Assembly (NCBI GenBank): GCA_946534285.1
Contig: CAMNCJ010000007.1
Coordinates: 23,219 to 87,218 of the forward strand
Length of the DNA stretch: 64,000 bases
Direction: 5' to 3'
DNA from: an uncultured Prevotella sp.
GTDB taxonomy: Bacteria > Bacteroidota > Bacteroidia > Bacteroidales > Bacteroidaceae
The notes under the pieces were generated by a model. That model did no database searches and was not told the origin of the DNA. It saw only the letters and a list, made by a program, of their open reading frames with translations. The position numbers and the translations under genes were made by a program. Of this stretch, positions 1 to 10,576 are shown one piece after another. How positions within the stretch are numbered: position 1 is the first letter of the stretch; every line of letters starts with the position of its first letter.

Positions 1-1
1 A

Positions 2-895
2 CCCATATGCGGCGAATCGAAAATTAAGTTCAACAAAAAACCATTTTCCATTCGACTCAACAAAATCAATATTGAACATACCAGAAAGACGTATGAATCT
101 CATCAACTTTTTTATGTTATTTGTAATGTCTTCATTTAAAGAAGGATTATTAACCCTACCAAAAGCAGATACGCCTTTATGCCCTCCATGACCACCATCA
201 ATCAACTCGACTATACTTGGAATAATAACATCATTCTGATTGCAATACCCTATGACTCCATATTCTCTATCAATATCTATAAATTGTTCAATTAATAACG
301 GGTTTGGATAACTACGGGACATTACTTCTAACCATTCTTTCAACTCAAGCCTTGAATCACATCTTTTTTGATATTGTTTTGCACTATGATAACAAAGATT
401 TCCTTTAACAAAACATGGATATCTAACACCTTCAGGAATAGTGTACTTACCATTTTCACAAGTTGTTGTCCAAGAATCCACAACATTTAATCCAAATTGT
501 TTTGCTAGTTCTTTTTGTTTTTGCTTATCCATTAATGCAGCAATTGCACCCGCCTGAAAATTAATGTGTGAATATAAGAAAAATGGTTTAAGCTGATCTT
601 GAATAATGTCAACCATACATGCAGAATCATCGTCAACTGACATTATAATTGGTTTATTATTCTCTTCACGTAAATGATTCAATAATAATTTTGCTAAACC
701 TTCAGGATCAAACTTCTTTGCATAATAAAAGCTATCAACATATTTCGAATAGGAATCGAATGGTCTATTATGCTTACCTTCATGTAAAACCAAGACAATC
801 AATTTCACTCTGCTATTTTCCAATTTACCGACAGAGCGTATTAATGCCAAGCGTGAAGCAGGATTACTACCTATTATGATAATACTCTGAAACAT
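2..895 (-). CDS. ATP-grasp (carboxylate-amine ligase-like) protein, truncated by window edge; paralog of 904..2100
   Basis: Not in the ORF track. Read manually from ATG at 895 (MFQSIIIIGSNPASRLALIRSVG); at the window edge it reads GMFNIDFVESNGKWFFVELNFRFAAYG, matching GVFDIDFFQSGNVFYFCEINLRYGGSG of the neighbour. Confidence 0.85.
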   Translation of the reverse strand, partial: MFQSIIIIGSNPASRLALIRSVGKLENSRVKLIVLVLHEGKHNRPFDSYSKYVDSFYYAKKFDPEGLAKLLLNHLREENNKPIIMSVDDDSACMVDIIQDQLKPFFLYSHINFQAGAIAALMDKQKQKELAKQFGLNVVDSWTTTCENGKYTIPEGVRYPCFVKGNLCYHSAKQYQKRCDSRLELKEWLEVMSRSYPNPLLIEQFIDIDREYGVIGYCNQNDVIIPSIVELIDGGHGGHKGVSAFGRVNNPSLNEDITNNIKKLMRFIRLSGMFNIDFVESNGKWFFVELNFRFAAYG

Positions 896-903
896 AAGAT
901 AAA

Positions 904-2100
904 TTAGCAAATTTTATGTTTTATCTTCAACAAAAACCTTTTGATTATTTGCTGCCAGAAAATTGACATATAGGCTCTTTGAGGACTCTTATCTTCCTCA
1001 TCTTTTATAAAAGAAACATCAGATTTTTTCTTAATTTCAAAATATTCCTTTATAGAAATATATCCATTATACAAATCTTCCATACACATTCTTTCATTGA
1101 CATATATGCCTTCACCTGTTATACTGTTGTTAATATTATCAATTGGTGTACCAATAAAAGACTTAACCATCATGGCAGGCAAGTTTACTCCCATTTTAGT
1201 AATAGCATATCCCGAACCACCATAGCGAAGATTTATTTCGCAAAAATAGAAGACATTACCACTCTGAAAGAAATCGATGTCAAAAACACCTATGAAACCC
1301 ATTTTCAGAACAAATTGCTTGAATTGTTCTACCAGTTTTTTTAAATCACCAACAGGCATAACCATTCCTTGACGGGCAATACCTGTATTTGATTCTGATA
1401 CCGCAAGAAATTTCAATATTCCCGGTATACAAACATACTTTCCATCAGAAAAACCCAACAAAGCAAACTCTTGGTCGATTTCCTTATAATCTTCAACAAG
1501 TACTTTAAGAGTTCTGCTTCTATGATGAATGAGATAATCAAGAGATTCTGCAAGTTCTCTCTCGTTGCAACATTTGCGCATACCTCCTTTTCCACCATTC
1601 ATAGTAGCCAACGGTTTGCAGAAACATGGATACTGAATAGACTTGGGTATCGAATAATGTCCGTCAACAATATCAATAGTCTTTCCATCCGCCACATTCA
1701 ACCCTACACTTTTTGCGAGTTTTTTTTGGTTTGTTTTATCCATCCAATATCTAATCGAATCAGGTTTGTTGATAATGTGAGGAAATAGGAAATGTTCATT
1801 TAAAATATCCCGAGCATCATCAATTGCAGCAACCGCATCGTCACTATCAGGAATCAAAACAACCTTCTGCAGTGGATCAGTACATTTATTTAAAAGAATC
1901 CGAATAAGAGACTCATTGTCTTTTCTTTGACAATAGTAAAAATGACTGACGTATTTGCTGAAACAATCTATTGGTTTTTTATGTTTTTTTCCAAAACACA
2001 TAACAATCACCGTCACCTCACATCCTATTTCTGCAACAGAACGGATGATTCCTAAACGAGACGTGAAGCTATGGCCGATGATGATTACTTTTTGTTTCAT
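904..2100 (-). CDS. ATP-grasp fold ligase (carboxylate-amine ligase-like)
   Basis: 398 aa; YPCFCKP...GGKGG, VLVEDY and FDIDFF...FCEINLRYGG ATP-grasp motifs. Confidence 0.8.
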   Translation of the reverse strand: MKQKVIIIGHSFTSRLGIIRSVAEIGCEVTVIVMCFGKKHKKPIDCFSKYVSHFYYCQRKDNESLIRILLNKCTDPLQKVVLIPDSDDAVAAIDDARDILNEHFLFPHIINKPDSIRYWMDKTNQKKLAKSVGLNVADGKTIDIVDGHYSIPKSIQYPCFCKPLATMNGGKGGMRKCCNERELAESLDYLIHHRSRTLKVLVEDYKEIDQEFALLGFSDGKYVCIPGILKFLAVSESNTGIARQGMVMPVGDLKKLVEQFKQFVLKMGFIGVFDIDFFQSGNVFYFCEINLRYGGSGYAITKMGVNLPAMMVKSFIGTPIDNINNSITGEGIYVNERMCMEDLYNGYISIKEYFEIKKKSDVSFIKDEEDKSPQRAYMSIFWQQIIKRFLLKIKHKIC

Positions 2101-2102
2101 TG

Positions 2103-3239
2103 CTATAAACTCAACAAATGTTCAATCCCCACTATTGCGGTTTCTCGATTTTGTTCAGAACGAAGTGTATGAAGTGTAAACATTAAATCTCGCTCATTGT
2201 ATCTGAACAACCATTTATTATAAGCACCAGGGAAAAAGCGCCTTAATCTCAACTTCAACTGAGATGGACTTTTAAATGCTTTTAAGTAAAGTCGGAGTTC
2301 TTTGTCACAAAAACTTTGTAATTGTTTGAACACATAATCATCGTCTAAAACCTTTTTTGAACGTTCACAGAAAGCTGATAAATCTTGATTCGATGCATAA
2401 CGAACGAAAAGGTTGTCAACTGATTCCACCAAATGTTTATTGATACGAATCTGTCCGTTTTCAATTATCAATTCTACAATCAATCCTGTATCCGTCAAAC
2501 CGGGGGCAAAGTTTTTTAACAAGAAGTCACCTTGTCCATAAAGCAAATAAGAGCCTTTATAATATTCTTCACAGCCAACACAATGTGTATGTTGAGCAAG
2601 AATCATATCCGCTCCATTATCTGCCATTCTGTGGAAACGTTTTTTCATTTCTGGTGATGGGTAAGGAAATTTTTCTATTCCACCATGATAGATTACAATC
2701 AAATAATCACATTCCGTTTTAAGTTGTTCTATCTCACGACAGACAATATATTCATCATATAACCATGCTCCTGCTTTATCTTTTGTTGGTTTGTTATACA
2801 TAGTCTCACTAACATTATAAAAACCAATGCGCAGTCCGCCTACTTTCTTTATAAGAGAATGGTCAATTACTCTCTCGTTCTTTCCTGCACCGATATAGTT
2901 GATACCCGCTTCATCAAGCGTTTGCATGGTGTCAATCAGGCCTTGATGACCTCCGTCAGTGGCATGGTTGTTGGCAAGCATACAATAGTCAACTCCTAGT
3001 TTTTTGTATGCCTCAACAGCCGAGGTTGTTGCCACCTTAACCGGACCTGTTTTTCTGCATTTGTCAGGATGGTCGGTCAAGGCTCCTTCAAGATTGCAGA
3101 CACAGAAATCTGCTCCAGAGAACAATTGCGTTATTTCTTTTCCGAACAATGAGTCAATGTCACCCTTTGAAAAGAATGAAACATTTTGTTCGGTAGGGAA
3201 AAAGTCGCCGACAATGATTATGTTATGGTTTTGTTCCAT
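2103..3239 (-). CDS. CapA/PGA_cap family metallophosphoesterase
   Basis: GDF, NLEG, LANNHATD, YHGG.E, QHTH, YGQGDFL motifs. Confidence 0.9.
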   Translation of the reverse strand: MEQNHNIIIVGDFFPTEQNVSFFSKGDIDSLFGKEITQLFSGADFCVCNLEGALTDHPDKCRKTGPVKVATTSAVEAYKKLGVDYCMLANNHATDGGHQGLIDTMQTLDEAGINYIGAGKNERVIDHSLIKKVGGLRIGFYNVSETMYNKPTKDKAGAWLYDEYIVCREIEQLKTECDYLIVIYHGGIEKFPYPSPEMKKRFHRMADNGADMILAQHTHCVGCEEYYKGSYLLYGQGDFLLKNFAPGLTDTGLIVELIIENGQIRINKHLVESVDNLFVRYASNQDLSAFCERSKKVLDDDYVFKQLQSFCDKELRLYLKAFKSPSQLKLRLRRFFPGAYNKWLFRYNERDLMFTLHTLRSEQNRETAIVGIEHLLSL

Positions 3240-3240
3240 A

Positions 3241-3825
3241 TTATTTTTTCAATAGGGTGCGCATTAAAGCTTGGAACTTGGATACCTGAAATTTTATCCA
3301 GCAGTAAAATGATGAATATGGACAACCATTTAACCATTTTGCCATCACTACACTATAATGGTCTTTGCTGGATGCACGGAAGAAGCGGACTGGTTTATAA
3401 CCATTTTTTTTTGCAATTTCCTGACGATGAACATTTTTCGAATGTGTGTCAAACACAAGTGTCTTATAACCAAGGTCTCTCGCCAATTGTTCTCTTTTAC
3501 TCTCTAATAGTTTAAATATCCCTCTGCCAGAATACTCTGGTATTACAGCATCAAAACAAATGTATGCGTAAGGGCCTCTATTATACCAAGTCTTTCCAAT
3601 CTTGTCTCCTATCGCCGCCGTACCGATCAATCTTTTACCATCTAAAGCCACCAACACAACACCTTTTTCTCCAAGCGAATCCTTAATTCTCTCCACTGGC
3701 CATTGATAGTGAGCCATATTGATTCCTTTGGCTCTATTTTCAGCATGGGCTTCAAACAAACATTGCTTGATATCATCCCATGTAACCCAATCGGGTTTTA
3801 CCATTATTTGAATGTTGTCCGCCAT
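3241..3825 (-). CDS. GNAT family N-acyltransferase
   Basis: 194 aa; VIPEYSGRGIFKLL acetyl-CoA-binding motif A. Confidence 0.8.
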   Translation of the reverse strand: MADNIQIMVKPDWVTWDDIKQCLFEAHAENRAKGINMAHYQWPVERIKDSLGEKGVVLVALDGKRLIGTAAIGDKIGKTWYNRGPYAYICFDAVIPEYSGRGIFKLLESKREQLARDLGYKTLVFDTHSKNVHRQEIAKKNGYKPVRFFRASSKDHYSVVMAKWLNGCPYSSFYCWIKFQVSKFQALMRTLLKK

Positions 3826-3848
3826 TCTACATTCGCTTAATTAGCACT

Positions 3849-4925
3849 TCAATCAGGGAACCAAGTATTTGGCCTTGGCCAAAGTTCACGAATAATCCTC
3901 TCTGTATATTCGCCCATGCCTGACTTAAACGCCGATTGGCTCAAGCCTGGATTGGTGTTAAATTCAATAAGCACAGGTTCTCCATCTTCTTGGATGGCCA
4001 CATCCCAACCCACAAGGTTGAAGAAAGGAAGCCTCAAATGAAGACGTTTCACCATCTCAATGGCTTTGTCGTATGACGGCAATTGATAGCCTTCTAATAC
4101 TATACCCGTGTCGGTCTTGTCAACATTATCTGTGCTAAAACCGCCAAAAGCTTCTTTTCCTAGTCTACCTTCCTTGTCGATTGTAGTGCTGATTCCACCG
4201 GCGCATTGGTTGTCGACCACCGAACCATTACGTCCAATGCGAACCACTGAATAGATAATTAGCACCTCCATACCAGAACGATACGACAGTATTCGCATAG
4301 TATTCACAGAGGTAGGATTCAACGCAGCCATTCCTTCATGTTGCCGTACCCAATCCTGTACTAAGAAATCTTTCTTGTACTCCTTAAACAATTGAGCTAC
4401 AGTTTTCCCATTAAGGTCTGTTACACCATTATTAGCACTAAACATCTGTACTCCGTGTCCTTCCGACTGACGCGAAGGTTTGATAATAACCTTTTCCAAA
4501 TTTTGACAAAGAGAAACGGCTTCCTCTTCCGAGACGGGCTTCCCCTCAAAATAATAATAGCCATTCATGTTTTTCAGAATGGAATGAACGATGTTCTCTC
4601 CCGGAAATAGGAAGTCGCACATGTTTTTGTCACCGAAAGCACTCTGAAGACGGTGTTGGTTGGCTTTCGGTACAAGTTCACAATGATAAATGTTGTTGGG
4701 AACATACTCCTTGGTAAAGTACCCAGTGCGCGAATAGAAATACTCATGGCAATAGAGCGGCACCTTCTTACCAATCATATCCATGTAAAAGTCTTGTATT
4801 TCCTTTACTTGTTCTTTCGTAAGTTTGCGGTGATGCTCCAAGTCTTTAAAGTTCTTGGTAATGCGCACCTCCCATTTTTTCATCTCGCGTTTTTTGGCGA
4901 GGCGGTTCATTAATTTACCAAACAT
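3849..4925 (-). CDS. Sugar-transfer-associated ATP-grasp protein (ATPgrasp_ST-like)
   Basis: IIKPS...G.GV, LNPTSVNTMRI, VDNQCAGG, VGWDVAI...PVLIEFN. Confidence 0.88.
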   Translation of the reverse strand: MFGKLMNRLAKKREMKKWEVRITKNFKDLEHHRKLTKEQVKEIQDFYMDMIGKKVPLYCHEYFYSRTGYFTKEYVPNNIYHCELVPKANQHRLQSAFGDKNMCDFLFPGENIVHSILKNMNGYYYFEGKPVSEEEAVSLCQNLEKVIIKPSRQSEGHGVQMFSANNGVTDLNGKTVAQLFKEYKKDFLVQDWVRQHEGMAALNPTSVNTMRILSYRSGMEVLIIYSVVRIGRNGSVVDNQCAGGISTTIDKEGRLGKEAFGGFSTDNVDKTDTGIVLEGYQLPSYDKAIEMVKRLHLRLPFFNLVGWDVAIQEDGEPVLIEFNTNPGLSQSAFKSGMGEYTERIIRELWPRPNTWFPD

Positions 4926-4937
4926 ATCAATGGTTTA

Positions 4938-6092
4938 TTAGTCTCTTTTATTTAATTTTATCGTCCACATCAGCAGATTCCGCCTTGCGTCATGGGTGAG
5001 CAGACGCAATAGTGAATAGTCATTGGTTTTATTCTTTCTTCTGATTTTGTTTTTCCAACAAGTAAGCAATAACTTGGTACATACTTTCAACGATTGAGGA
5101 TGTATCGTCTTGTCGATAATTGTCATCTCCTTCATACCCAAATCATTACATATCTTTTTCAGATATGAGTTGTATTTATCCTCGTTGGTCAAATACTGGC
5201 AAATGGTTTCATTGTGCTTGTTGCGTGCTTCGTCATGGTCGATTTCGATTCCAACATTATCCACATTCCTTGTATTCACCACATCCCAAGTCAGTTTCCC
5301 ACCGGCAATGGTCATCACCACGCAAAGGCCTTCGTACCAATGGGGACGATTGGTGGCGCGATAGTCATAGCCTTCTTTGCTGTTGAACAGGAAGTTGCCC
5401 AGACTATAGAAAATAGGCTTTCCATTGTATTCTTCCCATCCTTGCGGACAATGCGGATGGGCGGCAATTACACCGTCAGCACCATAGTCAATGAAATCGC
5501 GATAACGTGCTACGGTTTCAGGCATTGGGATATCAATATATTCAATACCATCGTGTGGCAGAATGAAAAGATAATCCACTTCCTTTTTTGCCTCTATGAT
5601 GACATGGTTCACTTTGAGGTCGTTAATGTAGGCGCAACCCAATCCATCGTGTTTGGTAATATCGTCAAAAACGCCTGTATAAGCAGCAAACGACAAGCCA
5701 AGGAATCCTATCTTTATCCCATCCACTTCCACTATCTTTGGTTTATAGGCTTCTTCGTATGAACCTGCGCCAAAGGCCTCATCACCCAATGCAGCTTTAG
5801 TTTTCTTAAAACCTTCGTCACCCCAATCGAAAGCGTGGTTATTAGCCAAAGAAAAAACATCGAAACCAAGTCCACGCAAAAAGTCGGGAACATCATCGTG
5901 TTGAAAAAAGCGTTCTCTGCCTTGTGGAGGCATTTTCATTTCAGGTTTCAAAGGCACCTCAAAATTTACCACTTTCACATCACAAGAATTTACCAGACTC
6001 TTCAAGTCATCTGATACACAAATTTTTGAAGTCGAGGGTTTGGAGCAGAAATCGCCTGCAAAAAAAAGACGTATGTTATTCATGAGCGACAA
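4938..6092 (-). CDS. CapA/PGA_cap family metallophosphoesterase
   Basis: AGDF, NFE.PL, LANNHAFDWG, HDG.EY, AHPH, FYSLGNFLF. Confidence 0.9.
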   Translation of the reverse strand: MSLMNNIRLFFAGDFCSKPSTSKICVSDDLKSLVNSCDVKVVNFEVPLKPEMKMPPQGRERFFQHDDVPDFLRGLGFDVFSLANNHAFDWGDEGFKKTKAALGDEAFGAGSYEEAYKPKIVEVDGIKIGFLGLSFAAYTGVFDDITKHDGLGCAYINDLKVNHVIIEAKKEVDYLFILPHDGIEYIDIPMPETVARYRDFIDYGADGVIAAHPHCPQGWEEYNGKPIFYSLGNFLFNSKEGYDYRATNRPHWYEGLCVVMTIAGGKLTWDVVNTRNVDNVGIEIDHDEARNKHNETICQYLTNEDKYNSYLKKICNDLGMKEMTIIDKTIHPQSLKVCTKLLLTCWKNKIRRKNKTNDYSLLRLLTHDARRNLLMWTIKLNKRD

Positions 6093-7245
6093 TCTTTTTC
6101 AAGTGGTTCAGCTTCAAATTGTTGGGCTGACGATACATCTTATATGTCTTTCCTGTTTTCAGCCATGCAAAATAGCAGTCACGAATCTCATTTCTCCACC
6201 CACGACGAATGAAATATTGCCCTGTCCTGTCCCAAAAGTCATTCACCTCAATGACAACAGGCCCTTCATCCGTAATGGCAATATCCCAACCTGCAGCCTT
6301 GCAGTACGGGAATGCTTGTTGGAATTTCTTAACTTCTTCCTTTATCGCTTGCCAATTCTCAATAACAACACCATTTAATTGGCTATCGCTGTCGGGGTGC
6401 TTCTCAATGTCCTTTATATTACGCCAGCCGTCGTATTGGATAGCGTACTTGATTTCACCTGTTTCTGTATCCACACACACGTCCACATTACCACCTCCAC
6501 CTGCGTTGTCGACACACTTGCCAGCACGTCCAATTTTAATAAAAGTGGCAATCACCCGTGCCGAACCATCAGGCCACAATGTGGTCATGAATCTTACTGT
6601 ATTGACCGAAGACTCATTGAATGCAGCAAATTGCTTGGTCTGCTTTACAACACTTTCAAAAATCAAAGCATCCGTACCTAAAACCGATGACAGCAAAAGG
6701 GTTTCACCATCAAAACGGGTCATAATGGCATCGTTATCTCGATATTCAATTGCATTAATAACCCACACATTATCGCCATGTGAACTTTCTGTGGTTTTAA
6801 TAACACAGGATTGCACATTTTTTTGTTTAAGGATGTACAACACGCTATTCAAATCATGTGCATTTTCTGTACAATCAGCATAGCGTGCCTCGGGTTGATA
6901 ATAGCAGTACAATTTCGACTTACGCACACCTGTGTTTTCCAGCAACTTATGGGCCATATATTTGTTTCGGGCAAGCGAGTAGTATTTGATTGGGTTGAGA
7001 TAATCCAAATAAAACCGTTGCTCGTTCAGGCCAAGAAAAGAATTGCGAAACTCCTCATCTCGCTTTTCGAACTCAAACTTGTAATACTCATCTCTTGTGA
7101 GACCTTTGGTCTTATACAATTGTTTGTAATCGCGCACAATAGCATGCCGGACATTTGTTGAATTGTCAATAGTTGCCGCCCATTGCAATAGCGAACGATA
7201 CTCCTGTATTGGTCGGATAAAACGCTTCAATAAATTTTTAAGCAT
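6076..7245 (-). CDS. Sugar-transfer-associated ATP-grasp protein (ATPgrasp_ST-like)
   Basis: FNESSVNTVRF, VDNAGGGG, AGWDIAIT..GPVVIEVN. Confidence 0.88.
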   Translation of the reverse strand: MLKNLLKRFIRPIQEYRSLLQWAATIDNSTNVRHAIVRDYKQLYKTKGLTRDEYYKFEFEKRDEEFRNSFLGLNEQRFYLDYLNPIKYYSLARNKYMAHKLLENTGVRKSKLYCYYQPEARYADCTENAHDLNSVLYILKQKNVQSCVIKTTESSHGDNVWVINAIEYRDNDAIMTRFDGETLLLSSVLGTDALIFESVVKQTKQFAAFNESSVNTVRFMTTLWPDGSARVIATFIKIGRAGKCVDNAGGGGNVDVCVDTETGEIKYAIQYDGWRNIKDIEKHPDSDSQLNGVVIENWQAIKEEVKKFQQAFPYCKAAGWDIAITDEGPVVIEVNDFWDRTGQYFIRRGWRNEIRDCYFAWLKTGKTYKMYRQPNNLKLNHLKKIVAHE

Positions 7246-7257
7246 AAGAGAATATTA

Positions 7258-8010
7258 TTATAGTCCTGTTCTTGGATAGTTGTATTTTTTATCTAATTCT
7301 TTCTCCTGTTTTTTATCATAAATTCGGCGCAACCCTGTCGCTTTCACGGTAGCAGGACAGCCCGCCAACATACTATAAGAAGGTTCATTTGAAAAATCTT
7401 TATTGACCAAACTGTTAGAGGCGACAATAGTATTATCAGGAATTACGGCTCCTTTAGAGACTGTAGAACGATTACCCAGCCAGACACGGTTACCTATAAT
7501 AACTGGTGAAGAAAGAGTCTTTATTTCATTGTTGCGATTCAAAAGTTCTATATAATGGAAACTTGTATCATATATCTGACAATCCCAAGCTATTCGACAA
7601 GCATATCCGATTCTGATATGTTCAAAGCAGAAGATCTTTGTGTTTGAACCAATCTTTGTTATGTTGGTTTCTTCTGGTTTAGAATTGATTTCCAGCAATG
7701 CATTCTTGGCAACAAGAATGTAACTGCCCCTAAAAATTCGAACAGGTGCATCAAATACTATAGTTCCATTAATTGTCCAAATATTGTTTTGAATACTGGT
7801 GTCAACATATATATCCTTAGGACCAACCTTAATCTTACCCGTATAAATAGATCCTTTTATTTCCACTTTCCCTTTCAACGAGCGGAAATCCGTCTTACCG
7901 TAAAACAAAATTGGCAGTTTTCTTGCTTGCTTAAAAGGCAGCATCTTGAAATTGAACTCGATGGTCTTTATCAAGTTGCACTTCAACAGTTCTTTTATCT
8001 TCTTTCTCAT
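7258..8010 (-). CDS. Hexapeptide-repeat (left-handed beta-helix) acyltransferase
   Basis: PVIIGNRVWLGNRSTVSKGAVIPDNTIVASNSLV. Confidence 0.85.
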   Translation of the reverse strand: MRKKIKELLKCNLIKTIEFNFKMLPFKQARKLPILFYGKTDFRSLKGKVEIKGSIYTGKIKVGPKDIYVDTSIQNNIWTINGTIVFDAPVRIFRGSYILVAKNALLEINSKPEETNITKIGSNTKIFCFEHIRIGYACRIAWDCQIYDTSFHYIELLNRNNEIKTLSSPVIIGNRVWLGNRSTVSKGAVIPDNTIVASNSLVNKDFSNEPSYSMLAGCPATVKATGLRRIYDKKQEKELDKKYNYPRTGL

Positions 8011-8015
8011 ATTAC

Positions 8016-9077
8016 CTAATGTAATAATCTGTTCTTTATCTTCCTGACAATTTGCAGGGACTTGTATTTTATCAACAACCGTCTTTTTGCCAAGTCTTTT
8101 TCCATCTTTCTCGGCAAATCACATTGCGAGACAATGTTTTCGGGGGATGAATGTACGTATCCAATGCCCGGTATTGTCTTTTCTCCATCAAGATTCAGTG
8201 TAACATAACATCCATAACGCGAAATCGGGTTCCACACCTGCCGAATGGGTGCCTCTATCGGGAACGGATAGCCGACAACATCTTTTATCTTCGACAAGTC
8301 CTCGCTTAACTCAGGATACCAGATTGGACGGGGAGGTTGCATATAAAAGTCTGGGAACAGGAAATTCCCCATACTGAAACATACGGGCTTGCCTTTGAGC
8401 TTCAAGAAAGGCTGAATCTGATGAGTATGGCTGCCCAAAATAGCATCAGCACCTGCTTCCACCATCTTTTTTGCCATAGAAACACATTCGGGCAACGGCT
8501 CATAGCGATATTCCCTGCCCCAATGGGGCATGACAATCACTTTGTCGTATTTTTGTTTGGCTTGCTTTATATCTTTAGTAACTCTATCAATATCCAACGG
8601 ATTGATTCCAGCCTTGTTTGCCTCAGCCAGTTCCACGTATCCCAAATATTTATTACCATACATACAATAGGCGAGAATCGCCACACTCAATCCGTCTTTT
8701 TCAATAACGGCAGGTCGAGAAGCTTCTTCTATATTCACACCAGCACCGCAATGCTTAATCCCGTTTTTCTCCAAAATGCTGATGGTGTTTTTAAGGCCTT
8801 CTTCTCCCAAATCCCATACATGATTATTGGCAAGTGAAACCACATCGAAACCCATCTCCTTCACTCTGAAAAAATCCTCGTTTCTCGCATATATTATATT
8901 TTGCCTTCCTGCAATTTTTACAGAATCATAAGGAAGGTTCGTGCCAATGGCCGATTCGAGTGTGCCAATCCTGAAATCGAAATCCTTCAAGAAAGATTTT
9001 AATTCTGCCGTAATATAATTGTCTTGATAAGGCAAAACGCCTCCAGGCATTATATCTCCACAAAAAAACAAATTCAT
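8016..9077 (-). CDS. CapA/PGA_cap family metallophosphoesterase
   Basis: CGDIM, TLES, LANNHVWDLG, PHWG.EY, GSHTH, FSMGNFLF. Confidence 0.9.
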   Translation of the reverse strand: MNLFFCGDIMPGGVLPYQDNYITAELKSFLKDFDFRIGTLESAIGTNLPYDSVKIAGRQNIIYARNEDFFRVKEMGFDVVSLANNHVWDLGEEGLKNTISILEKNGIKHCGAGVNIEEASRPAVIEKDGLSVAILAYCMYGNKYLGYVELAEANKAGINPLDIDRVTKDIKQAKQKYDKVIVMPHWGREYRYEPLPECVSMAKKMVEAGADAILGSHTHQIQPFLKLKGKPVCFSMGNFLFPDFYMQPPRPIWYPELSEDLSKIKDVVGYPFPIEAPIRQVWNPISRYGCYVTLNLDGEKTIPGIGYVHSSPENIVSQCDLPRKMEKDLAKRRLLIKYKSLQIVRKIKNRLLH

Positions 9078-10576
9078 GCTACAATTCTTTTATTGTCCTT
9101 TTTATCCCAAAACTTGAGTTTTGCAGGTATGATGCTTAAAAAATAGGTATATGATTCCGGCTTAAAGATTAAAGACCAGCCCATATATATCATCAAATAA
9201 ATGGCTGTTTTAAGTGCTCCATCAAGATACATATTCAAGTGCAGATAATGTATGCCGAAGAAAGCGATACCAGCCGCCAACAACGAAGCAACTCCCACAG
9301 GTAGAATATCCAACAATTGTTGCGTCCATTTATACCCAATATGCTTAGATACTAACGATATGTTTACAAAATACGAAAACCATGCATTAATGATAACACC
9401 AACCAGCAGTCCTTTCATTCCGAATACTAATAAGCCTCCTACCATAGCACATAGTCCTATTATCCGTTTAACAATGGTCCAAACCAGCATCGTTTTACTT
9501 TTTCCAATTGCTGAAATAGTCTGCAAATTTACTGATTGTAAACAAGCAGCAAGTCCAGCAACACATAACACCTGAAAATACGGAATACTTTGTATCCATC
9601 TATCTGAATATAATAGAATAAATAAAGGTTTAGCAGTCAACATGAGAATAAACATCATCGGAAATGTAATATAAGAAATTGTGGTCGTCAACCTTTTGAT
9701 CATATTAATCATTAATGTCTTGTTGTCTTGCACTTCAGCATACAGTGGATAAGTCACTTGTGTCATTATTGATGAAATTGTATGAGAAGCTAGCCTTTCC
9801 GTCCCTAAAGCCTTTGAATAATACCCTAAAGTTGATGGATTATAAACTTTGCCTATAACTAACCCAGTCAACTGAGTTGAAAAACGTTCAACTAAATGCG
9901 TCAAAAACATATAAAATCCAAAACCAAACAGTTCCTGGAAAGACTTCCAAGAGAAGACCCATTGCGGCCGCCATTTCACGTAGAACCAAAAAACCAGGGA
10001 AGGAATAGCGCCACCAATAAGGGTTTGAGCAACCAATGACCACACACCAAATCCATGGTAAGCCATAATAATTGTAACAGAAAGAGCAATGATAGCTGTT
10101 CCAACAGATACGATGGAAAGTAATTTGAAATTGAGTTTTTTCTTTAACTGGTTACGTTGTATGACATTAAGGGCATATATAAAGAGAATTAAGCCCTCAA
10201 CACGTAGAACATCACATAGCAAAGGAATTTTGTAAAAGCGAGATATAGCAGGAGCACTAACAAACAAAATGATATACATGAAAGCAGCCATACCGATATT
10301 CCACCAAAAGATGGTAGAATAATCCTCTTGTGTAGGTCTCTTTTTTTGTATCAATGCAGAACCAAAACCGCCATCAATAAAAGCATCGGCCAAGACAATA
10401 AAAATGGAAAGCATTCCGATACAACCATAGTCGTATGGAGTAAGCAAGCGTGCCAAAATTATACCCGAGATGAACTGTATGCCCATTCTCGAGTACTTTT
10501 GCAAGGCGGTCCATACCATGCCTGCTGCGGCTTTCTGCTTTAGATTGTTTTGTGGCATTTTACTTACCTTCTGCAA
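9074..10576 (-). CDS. wzx: Wzx-type polysaccharide flippase
   Basis: 500 aa, many hydrophobic segments; LARLLTPYDYG, D.GFGSALIQKK...EDYSTIFWWN typical of the WzxC-like family. Confidence 0.9.
   Translation of the reverse strand: MQKVSKMPQNNLKQKAAAGMVWTALQKYSRMGIQFISGIILARLLTPYDYGCIGMLSIFIVLADAFIDGGFGSALIQKKRPTQEDYSTIFWWNIGMAAFMYIILFVSAPAISRFYKIPLLCDVLRVEGLILFIYALNVIQRNQLKKKLNFKLLSIVSVGTAIIALSVTIIMAYHGFGVWSLVAQTLIGGAIPSLVFWFYVKWRPQWVFSWKSFQELFGFGFYMFLTHLVERFSTQLTGLVIGKVYNPSTLGYYSKALGTERLASHTISSIMTQVTYPLYAEVQDNKTLMINMIKRLTTTISYITFPMMFILMLTAKPLFILLYSDRWIQSIPYFQVLCVAGLAACLQSVNLQTISAIGKSKTMLVWTIVKRIIGLCAMVGGLLVFGMKGLLVGVIINAWFSYFVNISLVSKHIGYKWTQQLLDILPVGVASLLAAGIAFFGIHYLHLNMYLDGALKTAIYLMIYMGWSLIFKPESYTYFLSIIPAKLKFWDKKDNKRIVA

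Noticed and set aside
3404-3412. Homopolymer tracts in coding regions (T9 in GNAT; T8 near 1720 and 57423) as phase-variation switches
   Set aside because: All frames are intact and such tracts are expected in AT-rich Lys-coding sequence.
2103-9077. A canonical poly-gamma-glutamate capsule (capBCA) locus
   Set aside because: No CapB (Mur-ligase fold) or CapC is visible; CapA-family domains alone do not establish PGA synthesis.
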